Source: Owenia fusiformis (Eukaryota). Taken from it: a stretch of DNA of 64,000 bases. Location of the stretch: the NCBI GenBank assembly GCA_903813345.2, contig CAIIXF020000001.1:29016001-29080000 (forward strand), in the 5' to 3' direction. The notes under the pieces were generated by a model. The model did no database searches, was not told the origin of the DNA, and was given only the letters and a program-made list of their open reading frames with translations. Positions 45,480 through 60,322 of this stretch are shown here, in pieces. Numbering within the stretch: the first letter of the stretch is position 1; each line of letters opens with the position of its first letter. The position numbers and the translations under genes are program-made.

Positions 45480-47307
45480 TATTAGCTGGTTGGTTCATGT
45501 GAATTCATGTGAGGCCATGGAAAAGTAGCTCAATCAATAACTCAGATGCGAGTAGGTAGTTACTATTTTCACCACCAGGTGGCTCATTCGGGTCAGATAG
45601 CATGGCGGGTATAGTAGAAAGTTTCCTTTAATTTAAATATTACTAGTTTTAGTGGTTCAATTTTCATATTTATGCAGTTTTCAAAAAATTCTATGGGGGT
45701 TCAGCTTTGACAATTTTGGTCCCAAATCAAAGATATAAGTTAGTGTTAGCTTAAGTAAGCCTTATGAGATGCTAGGTGACCTAATAAACTGGGCTTCATA
45801 TTATTACCAAGGAAAGTGATTTCACGTCTTGGTGGCTTTTTATAGGCCCCATCAAGTACTATCCAAAATTCTGGTTTTCAATATATAGGAATATGTAGCA
45901 GTGACATTGAATGGAAATAGAAGAACAAGATGATAACCCTTATGTAATGAGATTTTTCACAAATGAATCAAAAATTGATGGTTTAAGATTAAAAATCAAT
46001 TAAAGTTATACAATTAATTTAAAACTCGTCATTGCAAGAGGAATATTTCTCAAAGGTTGTTAAAAAGCTCATCCTGGCTACCCTAGAATGTAGGTATATT
46101 CTTTGGAATAATCCAATTAACCATAAAGGCTTGACTCCCAATTCCAATAAATCATTAATAATGTGGTAATTGAACATTTATTAATAACAGCAATTTTCAT
46201 CAGATAAAGGCAGTTTACTTTTGAAAAGAACAGCTGAACAATGTGAACTTGCAACTGTATATCAAACACACATTGGGTTTTATAATAATAAAATATATTG
46301 GGTTATTGGCTCGAGGCAATACTAATTTTTTGAACTATAGCTTGGTACAACGGGATCACTGTGACCCAAAATGTTAACTTTACTTATAAAGCATTATAAG
46401 AGAGTGAAAATGGGGGGGGGGGGGGTGTATAGGGATATTGTATATCGTATAAGAGGGTGAAATTTTATTGTATATTGTATAAGAGGGGGCAAAATTTATG
46501 GTATAAGAGGTGTAAAAAATATTGTATAATAGAAAATATATGGTATATGGTATATAGAATTAAAGAAGGCTAATAATGAAGAAATTGTACCCTAAAGTTC
46601 CCCATTGTGCAAACTCTCTTACTGTAACCATGTTGGAAAAACATTGAAAAGTAGTTACTCTTATTGGTTCAACATTCCAGGTCTATCAATACTGTTGCCA
46701 TTCAATTGTAAACTTTCTCTTGAAAAGATAAATCTTCAAGATTTGTTGAATTTACCGAAAATCAGCTACTTCCCCTCCATTCATTTCTTCAGATCACCGG
46801 GCTTGAGACTGCCAAATGTCATTGACTCTTCTTAACTAATTTGATGAAAAATAAGGTGACTATGGCTACTCGTGTTTTGGGGTATGTGGGATAAATCATT
46901 AAAATATTTGAGTATAAAGTGTTCATACAGAGCATGTTTTAATACAAGCATCCCAATGCTAGTATAGCAAAAGCTGTTTATTTGGTCTTCAAACTGTCAT
47001 ATGTTGGATTTCGGCTATTTATTGGGGATTTGAACAGGTGCATATAGTTAGGCCAATGCATTAACTCAAGATCAAGCACTCATAGAGGTAATAAAATAAT
47101 TTGGATTTTGAGAATGGGAAGGTTTTTCTGAAATGTTGTCCTGATTTTCAGCCATTTCCACATATGTTTCTTCAATGTTTGATGCACCAATATGTTGCAC
47201 TTTGAGACACAGTTTTGAGACACAGTTAACCTCTAAAATATGATTCATTTGGGATAAAGTGGAAAACAATATTTCCCATTTCTGTGTAAATTCATCACTC
47301 TGGTAAT

Positions 47308-47504
47308 ATATTAATGATAACTTAAGTTCATTTACTTCAGAGTAAAAATGTTTTATTTTCGACGTTTCGCTAATTATTACGTCATAAATAATATAGCTGT
47401 GTACTTCCATTTTGAATCTTGATAAAGCTAGTTGGATGATTAGCGAAACGTCGAAAATAAAACATTTTACTCTGAAGTAAATGAACTTAAGTTATTATTA
47501 ATAT
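47308..47504. repeat. Inverted repeat, probable Penelope-like pseudo-LTR fragment
   Basis: Arms 47308-47374 / 47439-47504; CTTGATAAAG...CGAAACGTCG motif; sits within another inverted pair ~46996-47068 / ~47794-47864. Confidence 0.6.
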
Positions 47505-48199
47505 TTCCCATGTTATTTTCTCATAGGGAAAACTCATGTGATCCTTTCAGCTTAATTTTGGTCATCCAAAATTGATATCTTTAAAACCCCTGCATGAATC
47601 ATATTTTCATTTAAAGATGTTAACCATGTCTCGAAACGCAACGTAGTGATCGATGCAACAAACATTGAAAAAGCAGGTGTGGAAAGGGCTGGAAATCAGG
47701 ACAACATTCTAGAAAAACATTTTGATGGGGTGTTTGCACCTTTCCTGTCTTAAAGTCAAAATTATCTTATAATCTCTATGACTGCTTGTCCTGGAGTTAA
47801 TGCATTGGCCTAACATATGCACCTGTTCAAATCCTCAGAAAATAGCCAAAATCCAATATATGACTGAAATCTGTTGCGATACCGTCTGTGGTCCTTTAAA
47901 AGAAGTTATTTCTAGTTACATAGAGTAGTGTTCATTCCCATCAATACATCTTTGAATTGAAATCATTCTTGAAACATGTGGTTGAACCTTTATGGAAATT
48001 TGCTTAATTTTGACACACCTTTGTTTAATTTATACTGTCTTTAAGGCTGCCTTATCTGAAACCCTGAAGTGTCTCTTGTTAAATGTTTAAACAATCAAGT
48101 CTCATCTTGCCTTTATTTCAAACTCTAGTTTCCAGACTCGAGTCCAATCAAAAAACCAGAACAACGGCAGCGCCAAAGCGTAGCAAATCCCATCGAACA

Positions 48200-48915
48200 G
48201 AAATGGCTGGCATTTTTACATTTGAAATATATAGCAAATATCATAAAATAACACCCATAAGAAAGGCCACCATTTTCAAAATGGTTGACGACTAGCCAAG
48301 TTGTCATCAGAAGAAGTAATATGCTTTTAAGTAGCCACATATAAAATTCTTAAAAAATCGCCAATACTGGCCATTTTTAAAAATGCTGCTTACTATCCAA
48401 ATTGTCATAAGACGGTATGCAATCGTTATGAGTATTCACATATCAAATATGAACAAAATCGCTATATTACTTTGAGTTATAATAATAAAAAATGTAAAAT
48501 AACACACATAAAAATGGTGGCCATTTTTCAAAATGGCCGACTACTCCCCAAAGTTTTATTAAACAATGTGCCATGCTTAAAGTATTCACATATCAAATAT
48601 GAACAAAATCGCTCAAATACTTTTCAAGTTATCGTAAAAAATGTAAAAATGACAGCCATTTTTCAAAATGGCCGCCTACTACGCAAAGTGTCATGAGACA
48701 GTGTGCAAGGCTCATGAGTATTCACATATCAAATATGAACATAATCGCTCCACTACTTTTCAATTTATAGTAAAAAACGTAAAAATGGCGGCCATATTTC
48801 AAAATGGCCTCCTACTACTAGACATTGTGCCATGCTTATTGTATTCACATGTAAAATAACACACGTAAAAATGGCCGCCTCTACCCAAAATGTCATTAGA
48901 CATTGTGCCATGCTT
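48200..48915. repeat. ~115-bp tandem repeat (AAAATGGCGGCCATTTTTCAAAATGGCCGCC family); more copies at ~50480-50740
   Basis: Recurrent AGTATTCACATATCAAATATGAACAAAATCGCT units. Confidence 0.8.
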
Positions 48916-51900
48916 TAAAGGGGGTGGCCGAGTATTTAAAGCCAGATTCAGTTAGAAATGGAGTCATTAGTAAACCATTAATTGTCCTTTTCCTATAGAA
49001 TTAATGATCAGATTGCTACATAATTTGTCTCATTTGTGTATGAATATACAATCTTCAAATAAATGTATTTATTTCAATCAGAGTTATCTTGAAAACACAT
49101 TAAATCTTCATTTTTTAAACTGCTAATGGGAGGAGTTAACAACTCAAAGTACAGCCAATCGGCATTGCAGAAACAGTCACATGATACATATAAACAAAGG
49201 GATATTGCTGAGTGTAAATTGAGAACAATGTTTTCTACTTACCAAACATGTGTAGTATTCATCAATTCAAAAACTTAATCCAACAATGCCAATGAGTATA
49301 TATTCCTTTGATTTTAAATGATATTGTTCTCTTTTTTTCATATAAGGTCATTTGCTTGAGTTTATTGATAATCCTTGAATATGTTCCGTGTTTTGTTTTA
49401 TACAATATAATGGTGCTAATAATTGTTGACCTTTTCTCAACATTGTGTATCAAATGCATTTGACAATGTATAAGTCACTAAACTGGTATTGCTTAGTTTG
49501 CATTTTAATCCCACCAAGCTTGTTATAAAGTCTCTGCTTTATAAATCATCTCCAAGATGTTCTACTTCGAATAATAACTTTCTGTTTACTTTTATTTGCT
49601 AGTGCTTGAGACATGATGTAGTTGATTTGAGAACTGACATATGAAAGTAAAGGGAAGTAGAGACATCCCCTTATATAATTGAATTGACCATTTTAACATT
49701 ATGAAGATGACTCAAATATTCTCATTGAAAATTAGTTCACAATTTCAAATTGTATGGTTTATGAGTGATTATGGGTTAGAGACCAGAACATCCTGGGTTT
49801 GGTATCCCTGAGAAGAATATCTTTCAACAACCCCACTGTATTACCCAACTTTTTCTTATTTTGAACATTTATCATGGTTCTGGTTGTCCTGTGTTTGCTT
49901 TCATTTCTCTGGATGAAAGGGACATTACAGACATTACCCTTGATTTGGGGGATTGTAGGAAACTTGTCAGTATCTCAGGATTGCTTCATACCATGATCTA
50001 TAATTCATTTGGCAAATTTTTGAGAAGTTCCCTATAAACTTCTACTGAACTCTCCGAAAACCAATTAATAATGACACTCTTCAAGTAGATCCTGATTCTT
50101 TAGACATTCAAAGTGGTCATTAGTAAAATTCAGCTCATCATTTATGGTAGAATAAGAAGACAACAAATTATGGACTTCTTGAAATTATTTGGATAATTAA
50201 AAGAATAAAGAAAACTTTATCTCAGATGGCTATCTGTAGATAATAATATTGGTTAAACTAACACCCAATTGTCCTTCATAAACAAGCACCCTACAAGATA
50301 CAAGACCCCGCCAAATATACCATGTGCATAGCTCATTATGTTCAGTAAATACTACAGTTATCCATATAAGGAAAGTGAGCCCATCAGTGATAGGCTAATC
50401 CTTAATGTTTAATTATGTAATTTTTATCAGCTATCTAATTTTATTAATGGGCTGCAGGGGGGTACTCGAGCACGGTCTTAAAGTATTCACATACCAAATA
50501 TGAACAAAATCGCTCTACTACTTTTTGACTTACAGTAAAAATGTTAAATAACACACATAAAAATGGCGGCCATTTTTCAAAATGGCCGCCTACTACCCAA
50601 AATGTCATTAGACATTGTGCCATGCTTAAAGTATTCACATACCAAATATGAACAAAATCGCTCCACTACTTTTCAAGTTACAGCAAAAATCGTAAAATGA
50701 CGTGCAAAGGCAGCCATTTTTCAAGATGGCTGCCATGTATTTCTTCTATATTTACATTTTTAGCTTACTCAATGTTTTATATAACTTTTTTACATTTAAA
50801 ACATATTGCTATTACAGTTTTATATGCAGTACCTAAATTACTGTAAAATCGGCACTAAAATGGCCGCCATTTTTTTTTGAACGGCCATTTTGAAAATCGG
50901 TTTTCGAACAGAACTTCTATCCCCATTGGGTATATGTATACAAAATATGAACAAAATCGGGCCAGCGGTATTTGAGTTATTGCCCGGACGGACGGACGGA
51001 CAGACAGAAGGAAATAACATGGGGTATCTGGCGCGTGCCACGCGCCTTTTACCCCATAATGGGGTATTAGGCGCGTGGACATGGGGTATCTGGCGCGTGG
51101 ATGGGGTATTTTGTACTTTTTGTCCGTCCATTTTTCAGAATGGGGTATTTGGATCTCGTGAGGGGTAACAGAGGACGGACGGCTCATTTTCGTATTTTAC
51201 CGCGTATTCGTTCCATTGGGCAATTAAGTAAGAAAATTAACGAATTTAACGTATTTTTACGAAAAATAGCGCTTGTTTTATTATATCATGCAATTCTCAA
51301 CTTTTAAAGGGCTTTTATCGTTTAATAATGTAGATATTTCGAAAGCTATCTTATTTTCAATGATACCTAGGAGACTGCAGATCGACATTAGCAGGAGGTG
51401 GTGTACTTTTGCCAGACAATCGAATTTAAAGATAATTATTATTTTGTTGAATCTAAAATAAGAGATACATGTAAGTCTAACTTGCTCCAACAACTAAAAG
51501 CATTCATTAGGTTCATTATTACGGCGTCACAATTATTACTAAAATACATTAACGTCGTGTTAAAAGACGATTCTGTTCTAATTCTGTTCAACTTAATCTG
51601 TGAAATAAAATATTTCAGTGAACTGAAAAATGAAATATGCAAAATATATGCTCTGAAATTGCTCAGAATGCATCAAATGATGTTTGATTTTCGAAATTTT
51701 CTGGAACCAGAGACCCCACTATTTTGCGCTCGTTCGCTGGCTAACTCGACGCGGTTCACTTCACTCATAGCCATTATCAAGCACCCCTCCCCCAACATAA
51801 AATCCTTTAAGATAAGCTGTGATGCAAAAGGACATCTCCTAGGGGAACAAATTAATACTAACAGTAACTATAAAGCTTCCTTGAGGAGACCAAATTAGAA

Positions 51901-53164
51901 ATGTTTATCGTTTAAGAGATAAAATCATACAAGACATACACTTACATAAGGTGACGTTTTACTAAGGGCAAATAAAAAGATACTAAAGTGTTCGTAGGTT
52001 ACAAATATTTACTAGCTTTAGAAATCATATCTCCAGGGGGAGTAACTAGAAATGTTTGCCCTGAAGGGTACATACAGTATTAAAACCTCGTACCAGAAAG
52101 GTTTCTCTCAATAAACACAGTATGGCTAGATACTTCCTTGGTCACATTTGCACATCAAATCACAACTTGAAGGCATTAGGGGGAAGAGTTGCCAATATTA
52201 GAGATTTAAAATGTATACAGGGAATGGCCTTTCAGAGGGAGACAAGTGAAGCTAGATATCTGCTCAGGGAGATAAACTGATAGACTAATTACTAGACTAA
52301 TAGTAGATTGATTCCTCCTTATAGTCTATAAAGGAGTACTACTGTACTTATAAGTGACTACACCATAAGATTTTTTTAAAGTTCACAAAAACACAAACTG
52401 AAATAAATTAGATGATTGGGTAAAATGCATATTTTTATTTGTTCAAGTTTCACATTTCATTACAAATAACAATTCAATATATACATCTAATCAGAGACAT
52501 ATAAAACTAGAACTATAATGCGGAAAACAAAATATTTTTTTCTCATGCTAATGGCATTTAGCAGAAAAAGCAAGTTACATGATAGGGTTGTCATATGACT
52601 CATAATGTCTGTAAAACATTTGCAAACATATGTAGATTCTGCTGGAATATAATGAATGAAATTGAAACAACTTAGGAAAACAAATAAAAGCAATGTTCCA
52701 AAATATGCAATGGGATTTGAAAAATCAGTGACGTATATTTCGTTTGTTTGTTTAATTGTTGATGGGGCAATGTGTCACTGATGTCACAGATAATGGTACC
52801 ATAATCCGAGAATTTGTTAACAAGAGCGTTATATCACGTCATGATAAAACAATGCTGAGGGGCTCATAGTTGCTATGAGTTACTATGTCGTAAAACGTCA
52901 TTGACATTTAATATAGAACACTCGTAAAATGTGAAGTTAACAAACAAGCTTTTCCTAGAGATGTTTATTCTCAGTATTTCTTCACTTCGCAAATATATCA
53001 CCATTGTCGTAAGGATTAGAGATGAGTCCCCTCAATACATAGTATGGACATTAATGCAATCATGGGCTTCCAATTCTCATGATTCAATCCACCTATCAAA
53101 ATTCAGATTAAGAATTAAGCCTTATTGAACCAGTCTTGAAGTTTCAAAAAGTCAATGAACACAG

Positions 53165-54081
53165 GGGTTTGTGTAAAAACCGGGTTACTGGGTAACTGGG
53201 TACCCAGTCGACCGGGTACCTAACGTTCCTAGCAGGGTTACCAACTTTCAAAGTTCCACATTTCCCCCGATATATAGTAGCGAATTGACTTGACAGACTT
53301 AGCCTACCGAGTGTACTGCTGTTCGATATTTTTACCCTATACGAGACAGAGCACTTTTTAAAATAATCGATCCATCAAACAATGACGTCCATGTCACGTT
53401 GCTCATAAGTAGCATATAAGTTCCTAGAAGACGTTGCACATTTTCGTTCTTTACACATCAAGGCAACGTAAACATGAGACATCTATTGATGGTATAAAAA
53501 GAACGTTGTTGTAACGTGTCCGTAAAGTTCGTTAGTGTGGAAAACATAACAAACAGGAACGTTTGATTTTTTACTACATTGGTCCATATGTGACGTAACT
53601 CAAACGTTAAAACATGACAAAAACTTTGTGTTCTCACTAAGTCGGTTCATTTCCAACGTGTTGTTAACGTTAAAATTTAACGTTGTTGAAACGTTTTTTT
53701 TCGATTTGAAATAAACTCAAAATGTGACGTCAATAATGACGTTCATGTATTGATCTGACGTTATTTAAATATTCAGTAAAACGTCGATGGATGGTTGAAT
53801 TTCAACATTGTGGAAATGGCTTCAAATTATTTGTGAGTTAAGGAAACGTTACAAAGATGTCAATATGTTCTCACTAAACAGGTTCATTACCGACGTTATT
53901 TTAATGTTAAAAGATAACGTTATCAAAACGTTCACTTACGATGTGAAATAACCTCAAAACGTGACGTCGAAAATAACGTACATGTATCGTCCAGATCCAA
54001 AGTTATAAATAAAAAAATCCTAACCCTGCTAGGAATGTTAAGTACCCAGTTACCCAGTTACCCGGTTTTTTACACAAACCC
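53165..54081. mobile_element. MULE-like MITE
   Basis: GGGTTTGTGTAAAAA...TIR ~75 bp; 10-bp TSD ATGAACACAG; internal ~240-bp duplication. Confidence 0.82.
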
Positions 54082-54436
54082 ATGAACACAGTCCTGAAAT
54101 TCCACTTTGATTTGAGCCCAAGACCAAATCAGTTTTACTATTCCAAGTCCTTGGCTATTCTAATCTTCCTCATCTTTAGTTAGAATAAATTGAAAGCCCA
54201 AATCAAACTGGGGTCTAGGCCTATAGGCCTAGTCTATTGAGTCGACGCCACAGGCCGAAAAGTGATTGACGGGGAATAAGACTCTAGAATTATTTTACAA
54301 TACAGAGGTTACAAAACCAGCATTTACATACAATTAATTTATTACAATAATATCTTATAAGGTAGAGCACAACGATTGCATTTATAATATCACAACATCT
54401 CCAAAATGATTCAACTTGAATTTGAATTGAACTTAC

Positions 54437-54560
54437 CAGATTTCTCCAACTTTAACTCCTGGCTCGATTACGCGATCCCTCTGAACGAAACAAACAAAGA
54501 ATTCCCGGGATGTAATTCCTCAAGTGTAGCTTAAATGCGTAACTCTTCCTGGTTTGTAGG
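54437..54560 (-). promoter_or_regulatory. Candidate non-coding first exon/promoter of the receptor (5' boundary uncertain)
   Basis: Strong donor CTG|GTAAGT at 54436 in non-repetitive, CpG-containing sequence; the ATG exon has its own acceptor so an upstream exon is required. Confidence 0.4.
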
Positions 54561-56882
54561 AAACATGGTGAAAATGGTGCCAACGTACTATGCTCTAAAA
54601 TGTACCTTTTCTTGACATTTAATGACATGATATGGTGATATGCTAATATCTGCATTAATGTAATATATCTAATATGTTTTCAGCTAACAGTTTCAAGACC
54701 AGTAGCCTAATGGGTGGCCTTCAGACTGTTAGCTGAAAACATATTATATCTTTTGTAATGTTTTGAGTTTTGTCCACCGTTGTTGAGACACTATATATTC
54801 TATCATTTACTGAAACAAATTTGTTTAGAAATTAGAGGTAGTGGATCTCAAAGTTCACCAAACCATTCAAGCAGGGATTTTTGTCTGAATGATAACGCCA
54901 ATACCTGTCATCAGATTTAGTTGAAATTTCAAGCGTTATCTGGATAACAAGACCATGTATTTGTGTGCCAATTATACAACCAATTAATAATTAGAGAGAT
55001 TAAGTTCAGGTTTACATAGATAACGTAGCTTTTATTAATAAGTAGATTAAATGTGACATTTGATTTCTTTAAAAAATAGGTTGTTTTGCTGTGCCAAATT
55101 ATATACAATGTAAGGAAACAGTAGGTTTTTGGATACGTATTTACAACCGATATGTTTTAAACTCTTCAATAATCGTGAAACCAAAGTACAATTATGAATA
55201 ATTTACTTCTAATAGATAAAATTAAATAATACAGATATGTGTTCAAAATCAACGGACGGGCACCATTCGTAATCTTAAAATAGGCCTAGCGCTTTCATCA
55301 ATTGAGCATCTTATGTATAATTTTTCTTAAATGCGTGTCTTTATTGTATAAACATATTTACAAATGCATATTGGGGCTATTTTTCGATAATATGATTATA
55401 CAACAAAAAAAATCAAAAAATAAATAAACGATGAAAAACGCTCGTAACTTGGGGTAAAGTACGCGTAGACGGGCAAGCATTTCTTAATCTAGCGTATTCA
55501 TTAACGTACTGTGTTCTGGCAAAGTACATCAGAAGTTTGTATTTTATTAGCCATGATTTATTTAATGTATTTATACAGGTATAATATAATGTTTTGAGAC
55601 TTTAATCTAAACAATTATCGTTTTACGAAAAACGCTCGTAACATGGGGTAAAAGGAGCGTAAAAATCAATCTCGATTACATCAATTTTCTCAAAATATAT
55701 TTCAATGTGGATAAATTCCTGTCAAGGAGATGTTCCTTAGACTATATTCTCAAATCTGACGAAATTTTAGCGAAAGAATCGAGCGAGAAAGATATTAAAA
55801 ATAATGTCCATCAATTTTCTGATCTCATGAAAGATAGGTCAGAATGTTACAACAAGATAGGTTGCATTTTTTCGGTGGACGGAGGAAACCGTATTCTATA
55901 CGTCATTGTTTTTATGTGTGATCAGAACCATAAAATAGGGATTCAAAAACGCTTTCCATTGGTGTATACGGCTATTTCCAGCGATGTTAGGAACAATGTT
56001 TTTCAGCCACGCGCCTGATACCCCAGTCAAAAAATTTTGAAAGGTAATAACTTGCGCTTAAATCATTGTCGCTGCTCAAATTGCCGTTTACAGGTGCGTG
56101 GGGATATATTCTATAGTATCTGATTGTTAAAACTACATTTTAAAACAAAATAATTGAAATATTGCATAAAAAGTTTTTTTCGAAAAGTGGACGGAGAAAA
56201 CATGGGGTATTGTATGGAGGGACGGACGGACGGACAGACAGACGGACGGACGGACGGACGTACGAACGGACGGACGGATGTTCGATGGGATAAAAATAAT
56301 TAATTATCTACATGGAAATTTGTGAAGTCCTTTATTTCTGAAACTGTTTTCAAAACTTAATATTTTCCAGGTAACTGCCTCAGGTAACTGCCTTACAAAA
56401 ATATTGTGCATTGTGAATCTTCATTATCTACCTGATACATATTTTCTTCAGCAAACTTTATTTTCATAGAACACATGATGAATCTTTTATTCCAAATTCT
56501 CAATTTTGCATCAATTATGCTTCAAGGAATTTTTTCCCTGGCTCACTATGAAGGATTCCATTGACATTAAAATAAGTCATGGGACAGTAAGTTATAAGAA
56601 AGAGGAACATTGAGTTCCTCCCATACCAATGATGCAGGTTTTGTGCTAATTTTGAATATCTTTATGGTACTTTTAAAGGTAATGGCTTTAGCAAATTTCA
56701 GAAATGTTATTTTTTGGTCAAAGTAGGTTGTGAAATCACTAAAGAGAAGTCATTATCTACCATAAATGTGTTTTAAATCAACTGTTTACCTGAAAATAAA
56801 ATGTGGTCACAGCTTTTCTGAACATGCGGAAGTGCCCGAATGGTGTCTTATTCATAATGTAATAAATGAAATCATTGTGGTA

Positions 56883-57176
56883 CAGGGGCGGATCTGGGAA
56901 CAAACAAGGGGGGGCCCAAATTTCTAGAAAAAAATTTTGGGCCCCTAAAACCCAAAAGTGGGCCCAAATTTTGAAATTTTGAGGCCCATTTTCTTCAAAA
57001 CTAGGCCTGAAATTAAAAAATAAGGCCTTAAAAGGCCCAGTAATAACCAAAAAGGCCCACTTTTTTGGGCCTGAAGGCCTTTTTTGGCCCAAAATTTTTT
57101 TGAGCCCAATTTTTTTTTCTGGGCCCACCCAAGGGGGGGGGGCGGGCCCCCTGCCCCCCCTCCTAATCCGCCAGTG
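56883..57176. mobile_element. CAGGGGCGGATC-type MITE
   Basis: Homologous to 19075-19254; flanking GTGGTA. Confidence 0.75.
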
Positions 57177-57448
57177 GTGGTATGTATGTGGAGTCTATTT
57201 GCCTTATAATAATACTTTAGTACATGGATTCTCTCCTAATATTATTTCGTTATAAATATCCAAACTTAATCAACAGCAGTTTCAAAATTATTGTATATTG
57301 CATTTCACCTGAACTTTTGTAAAATATTGTATATGGCATGAGAGCTGTAAAAATATTGTATATGGTATAAAAGGGGTGAAAAAATATTGTATATGGTATA
57401 AGAGAGCTGAAAAAAATTGTATATGCATTTCCACCTCCCCTGAAAATC

Positions 57449-58299
57449 TAGTTCAACGTCGTTAAACTCAATAACGGCGTTCTTTACTATTAGGAATTTT
57501 CTTGGGGCCGTTATTGAGTTTAACCTCTTTGCTATTCTTTCCTTTGATGCAAGTTCTGGATCCATCGAAACCATTTTGCCGCGATAACGTGCAATTGATA
57601 CTTGACAATAATATAAAAACACATAACATCAAGCGATTTAACACAATATTATTGCGTTAAATGTTCATTTATACTTGTAAAATGAGGCTACACTTACCGA
57701 TCTCTAAAATGACATTTCCGCATGTCCGTCATTGTGTCTTTTCGTCCGAGTGTCCCGGATCGTAAAATTAAACTACTAGCGAAACGAAATTGTTGTCAAA
57801 TAGATTGATAATTATTATCGCGATAAATCGCATTAAAAGATAAATTTTGAGGATAGCAGGTATCTTTGATTGATTTATATAGCGCGTGTATACACGCAAA
57901 ATAGTTATTAATTGCAAACCTACTGTTTGTAAATGCAGTGCCGCGATGACGGTTAATTTCTGATACGATTTGCAATTTCGATGTTACCGAAACTGACCGA
58001 CATTTTCGTTATATTCCAAACCTGTCTCCAATATTTCCGTAATTATGCATCCATAGGGTCTAAAGGGGATACGGGATGGTGTGTATGTATTCATAAGGTA
58101 TGTATGCATGCTTGAATCACATTCTTTGTGTAATATGACCATGGTTTCAGGGTTTAATTAGTTCCGCTTGTCGAAACCTGCTGAACGATTAAATCAACGC
58201 ATCAAGGGCAAAATGATCATGGAGGTTAGACCTAGCCGGGGCCATAAGACATGTCAGATAAGAAACGAGGCCAAGGCTAGGTCTAATGTTGTTGGACTA
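57449..58299. mobile_element. AcademH-like non-autonomous element, copy 2
   Basis: 851 bp, collinear with copy 1; 9-bp TSD CTGAAAATC. Confidence 0.82.
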
Positions 58300-58449
58300 C
58301 TGAAAATCATGCTGTTACTGTTAATAATTTCTGCCAAATAACCTTGGATCATCCCAAAACAAAGTCAGAATTCTTTAGAACATGAGTGTGACAAAGAAGG
58401 ACAAGAACATGAAATTATGACATCTTTTCCAAACCTCCTCTCAGGCTTG

Positions 58450-59930
58450 CCCAATTGAAAAAAGCCTATGGAAAATCATCTCCAATTATCACCTAACTTA
58501 CTATTGATAATTAGTTGAAAGTTAGGTGTAAAAATTCACATGCAAATGAGCTAATTATCAACTTAATTAACGCTTAATTTGCAACTTAATTAACGATTAA
58601 CTACCATCAATATGCAAATGAGCTATTTACGTAAATTAGTTGAAAGTTAGTTGTAAGTCTGATGTAAGTTAATCTCAAATTATCACCTAACTTACTATTG
58701 ATAATTAGTTGAAAGTTAGGTTTAAGTCAGATTTGTGACATCTCAAAAATGACTCGCTTCTTTTTTGCTTCCCTTCACTCGGAGATTTTTGCTTCATCTT
58801 GAACTATTTTGTGACGGAATATTTATCTTAATTAAGATCTTTCAGAACAGACAACACTGAACTTGAACTATTGAAATTTCACAGCAAGAGGAGGGAAAAC
58901 CCCATGATTCAATTGATGACATAAGATTTCCTCCTTCGCACACCTCCTTTTGTCGAAAACGTACCCTCCATCTTGGTTTTTAAAGTTTTCAAATTGACCT
59001 AGATTTAAACCAATCAACGATCGACTCGCTAAACCAATCAGCGACGATGTCATCTCAATACAGATTTACATTATAAGCACATGTCATCTTTGAACCCTGG
59101 GGTTTCTCCCCCTCTTTTTTAATTCTATTTTGCAAATTTTTAAGATTCATGAAAAGCATGTGAAAACATCATTATTGCCATATACAACTAAAATCAGAAT
59201 ACAAACATTAGACTATAATGTTACATAATAAGGACGTAATAGATATAATCAAAAATATGTTTTGAAATGTCTTTGATCTAACAATCATTATTTAGAAGAG
59301 CACATTTGGATTACTTGTGAAATATAGGTAACCCATGTTAGTACCTAAATTGCATTCTAGGATTAATATTATGTGATCTGATTCAAAAAGATTTTTAAAT
59401 TCATAAACATTTCAGACAGAAGTGTGAATAAGATTTAACATACATTGTATTCATGTTCTACATACCCTTATAATAATGTTGACCAAATTTCATGGTAGTA
59501 TACGCACCATTCACGTTGTAATTCTCAATTTTATGAGAGAAATATCTCTCACATGTTTTCTTTTTCCACCATCTTGAAATTAAATTTAGGGGGTTTGTAT
59601 TTCTAAATCATGGGCCTAATTTACAACTAATTATCATTATAATCATCCTATATGTTAACTATCAACCAATTATCTACTTCAGACCAAAAACGTTTTAATT
59701 TACCACTTACTATCACCCTCAAACATTTCATATCTTAATTATCAACTAAAAATCATAAATCAGCATTATTGTAAGTTAATTTACGTTGAACTTGCTACTG
59801 ATAATTAGGCCATAATTATCATTGATTTAATTAACGCTTAACTTTAATTCCAATTGCCAGCAGAATTGTTGATAATTAGTTGTAAATTAGTTGGTAATAA
59901 GTTGGTAATTAGTTTTATTTTTCAATTGGG
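58450..59930. mobile_element. EnSpm/CACTA-like non-autonomous element
   Basis: CCCAATTGAAAA / TTTTCAATTGGG, 2-bp TSD TG, subterminal GATAATTAGTTG repeats. Confidence 0.72.
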
Positions 59931-60322
59931 TGAATACTGTAGCAACACATCTCTGACTCACAACTGATTTTCTCAGACTGTATGTGAACTTATGCTGAAT
60001 GGGTGGTACATTTACAAAGCATGCTTGTGTTTATTCTCAATAAGCATAAAATATTACTGTTTACTAAGAGCATGGGCTCTAGAGCCCATGCTAAGAGGCT
60101 AGAATAATTCAGCGTTATTCAATGTCATACAAATAAGGTTAATGTGATAACTCACTAAAAAAATACTATGTAAATGCACTTTGAAATGTATAAGGAAGTT
60201 TCAAAGGGAATGTACTAAAAACCCTTCGACCTACGACCCTTCGACCCTACGACTTACTGGGTGTCAAGAATTTTTGGGATATATTTTATTGAAAAACCCT
60301 TCGACCTTCTATTTTCTATCTT

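Noticed and set aside
48472-51187. Several short ORFs with KMAAIFQNGR-like repeats
   Set aside because: Translations of non-coding tandem/Helentron-type repeats.
51398-51898. 166-aa ORF
   Set aside because: Non-ATG start, no recognisable motif, repeat-rich surroundings.
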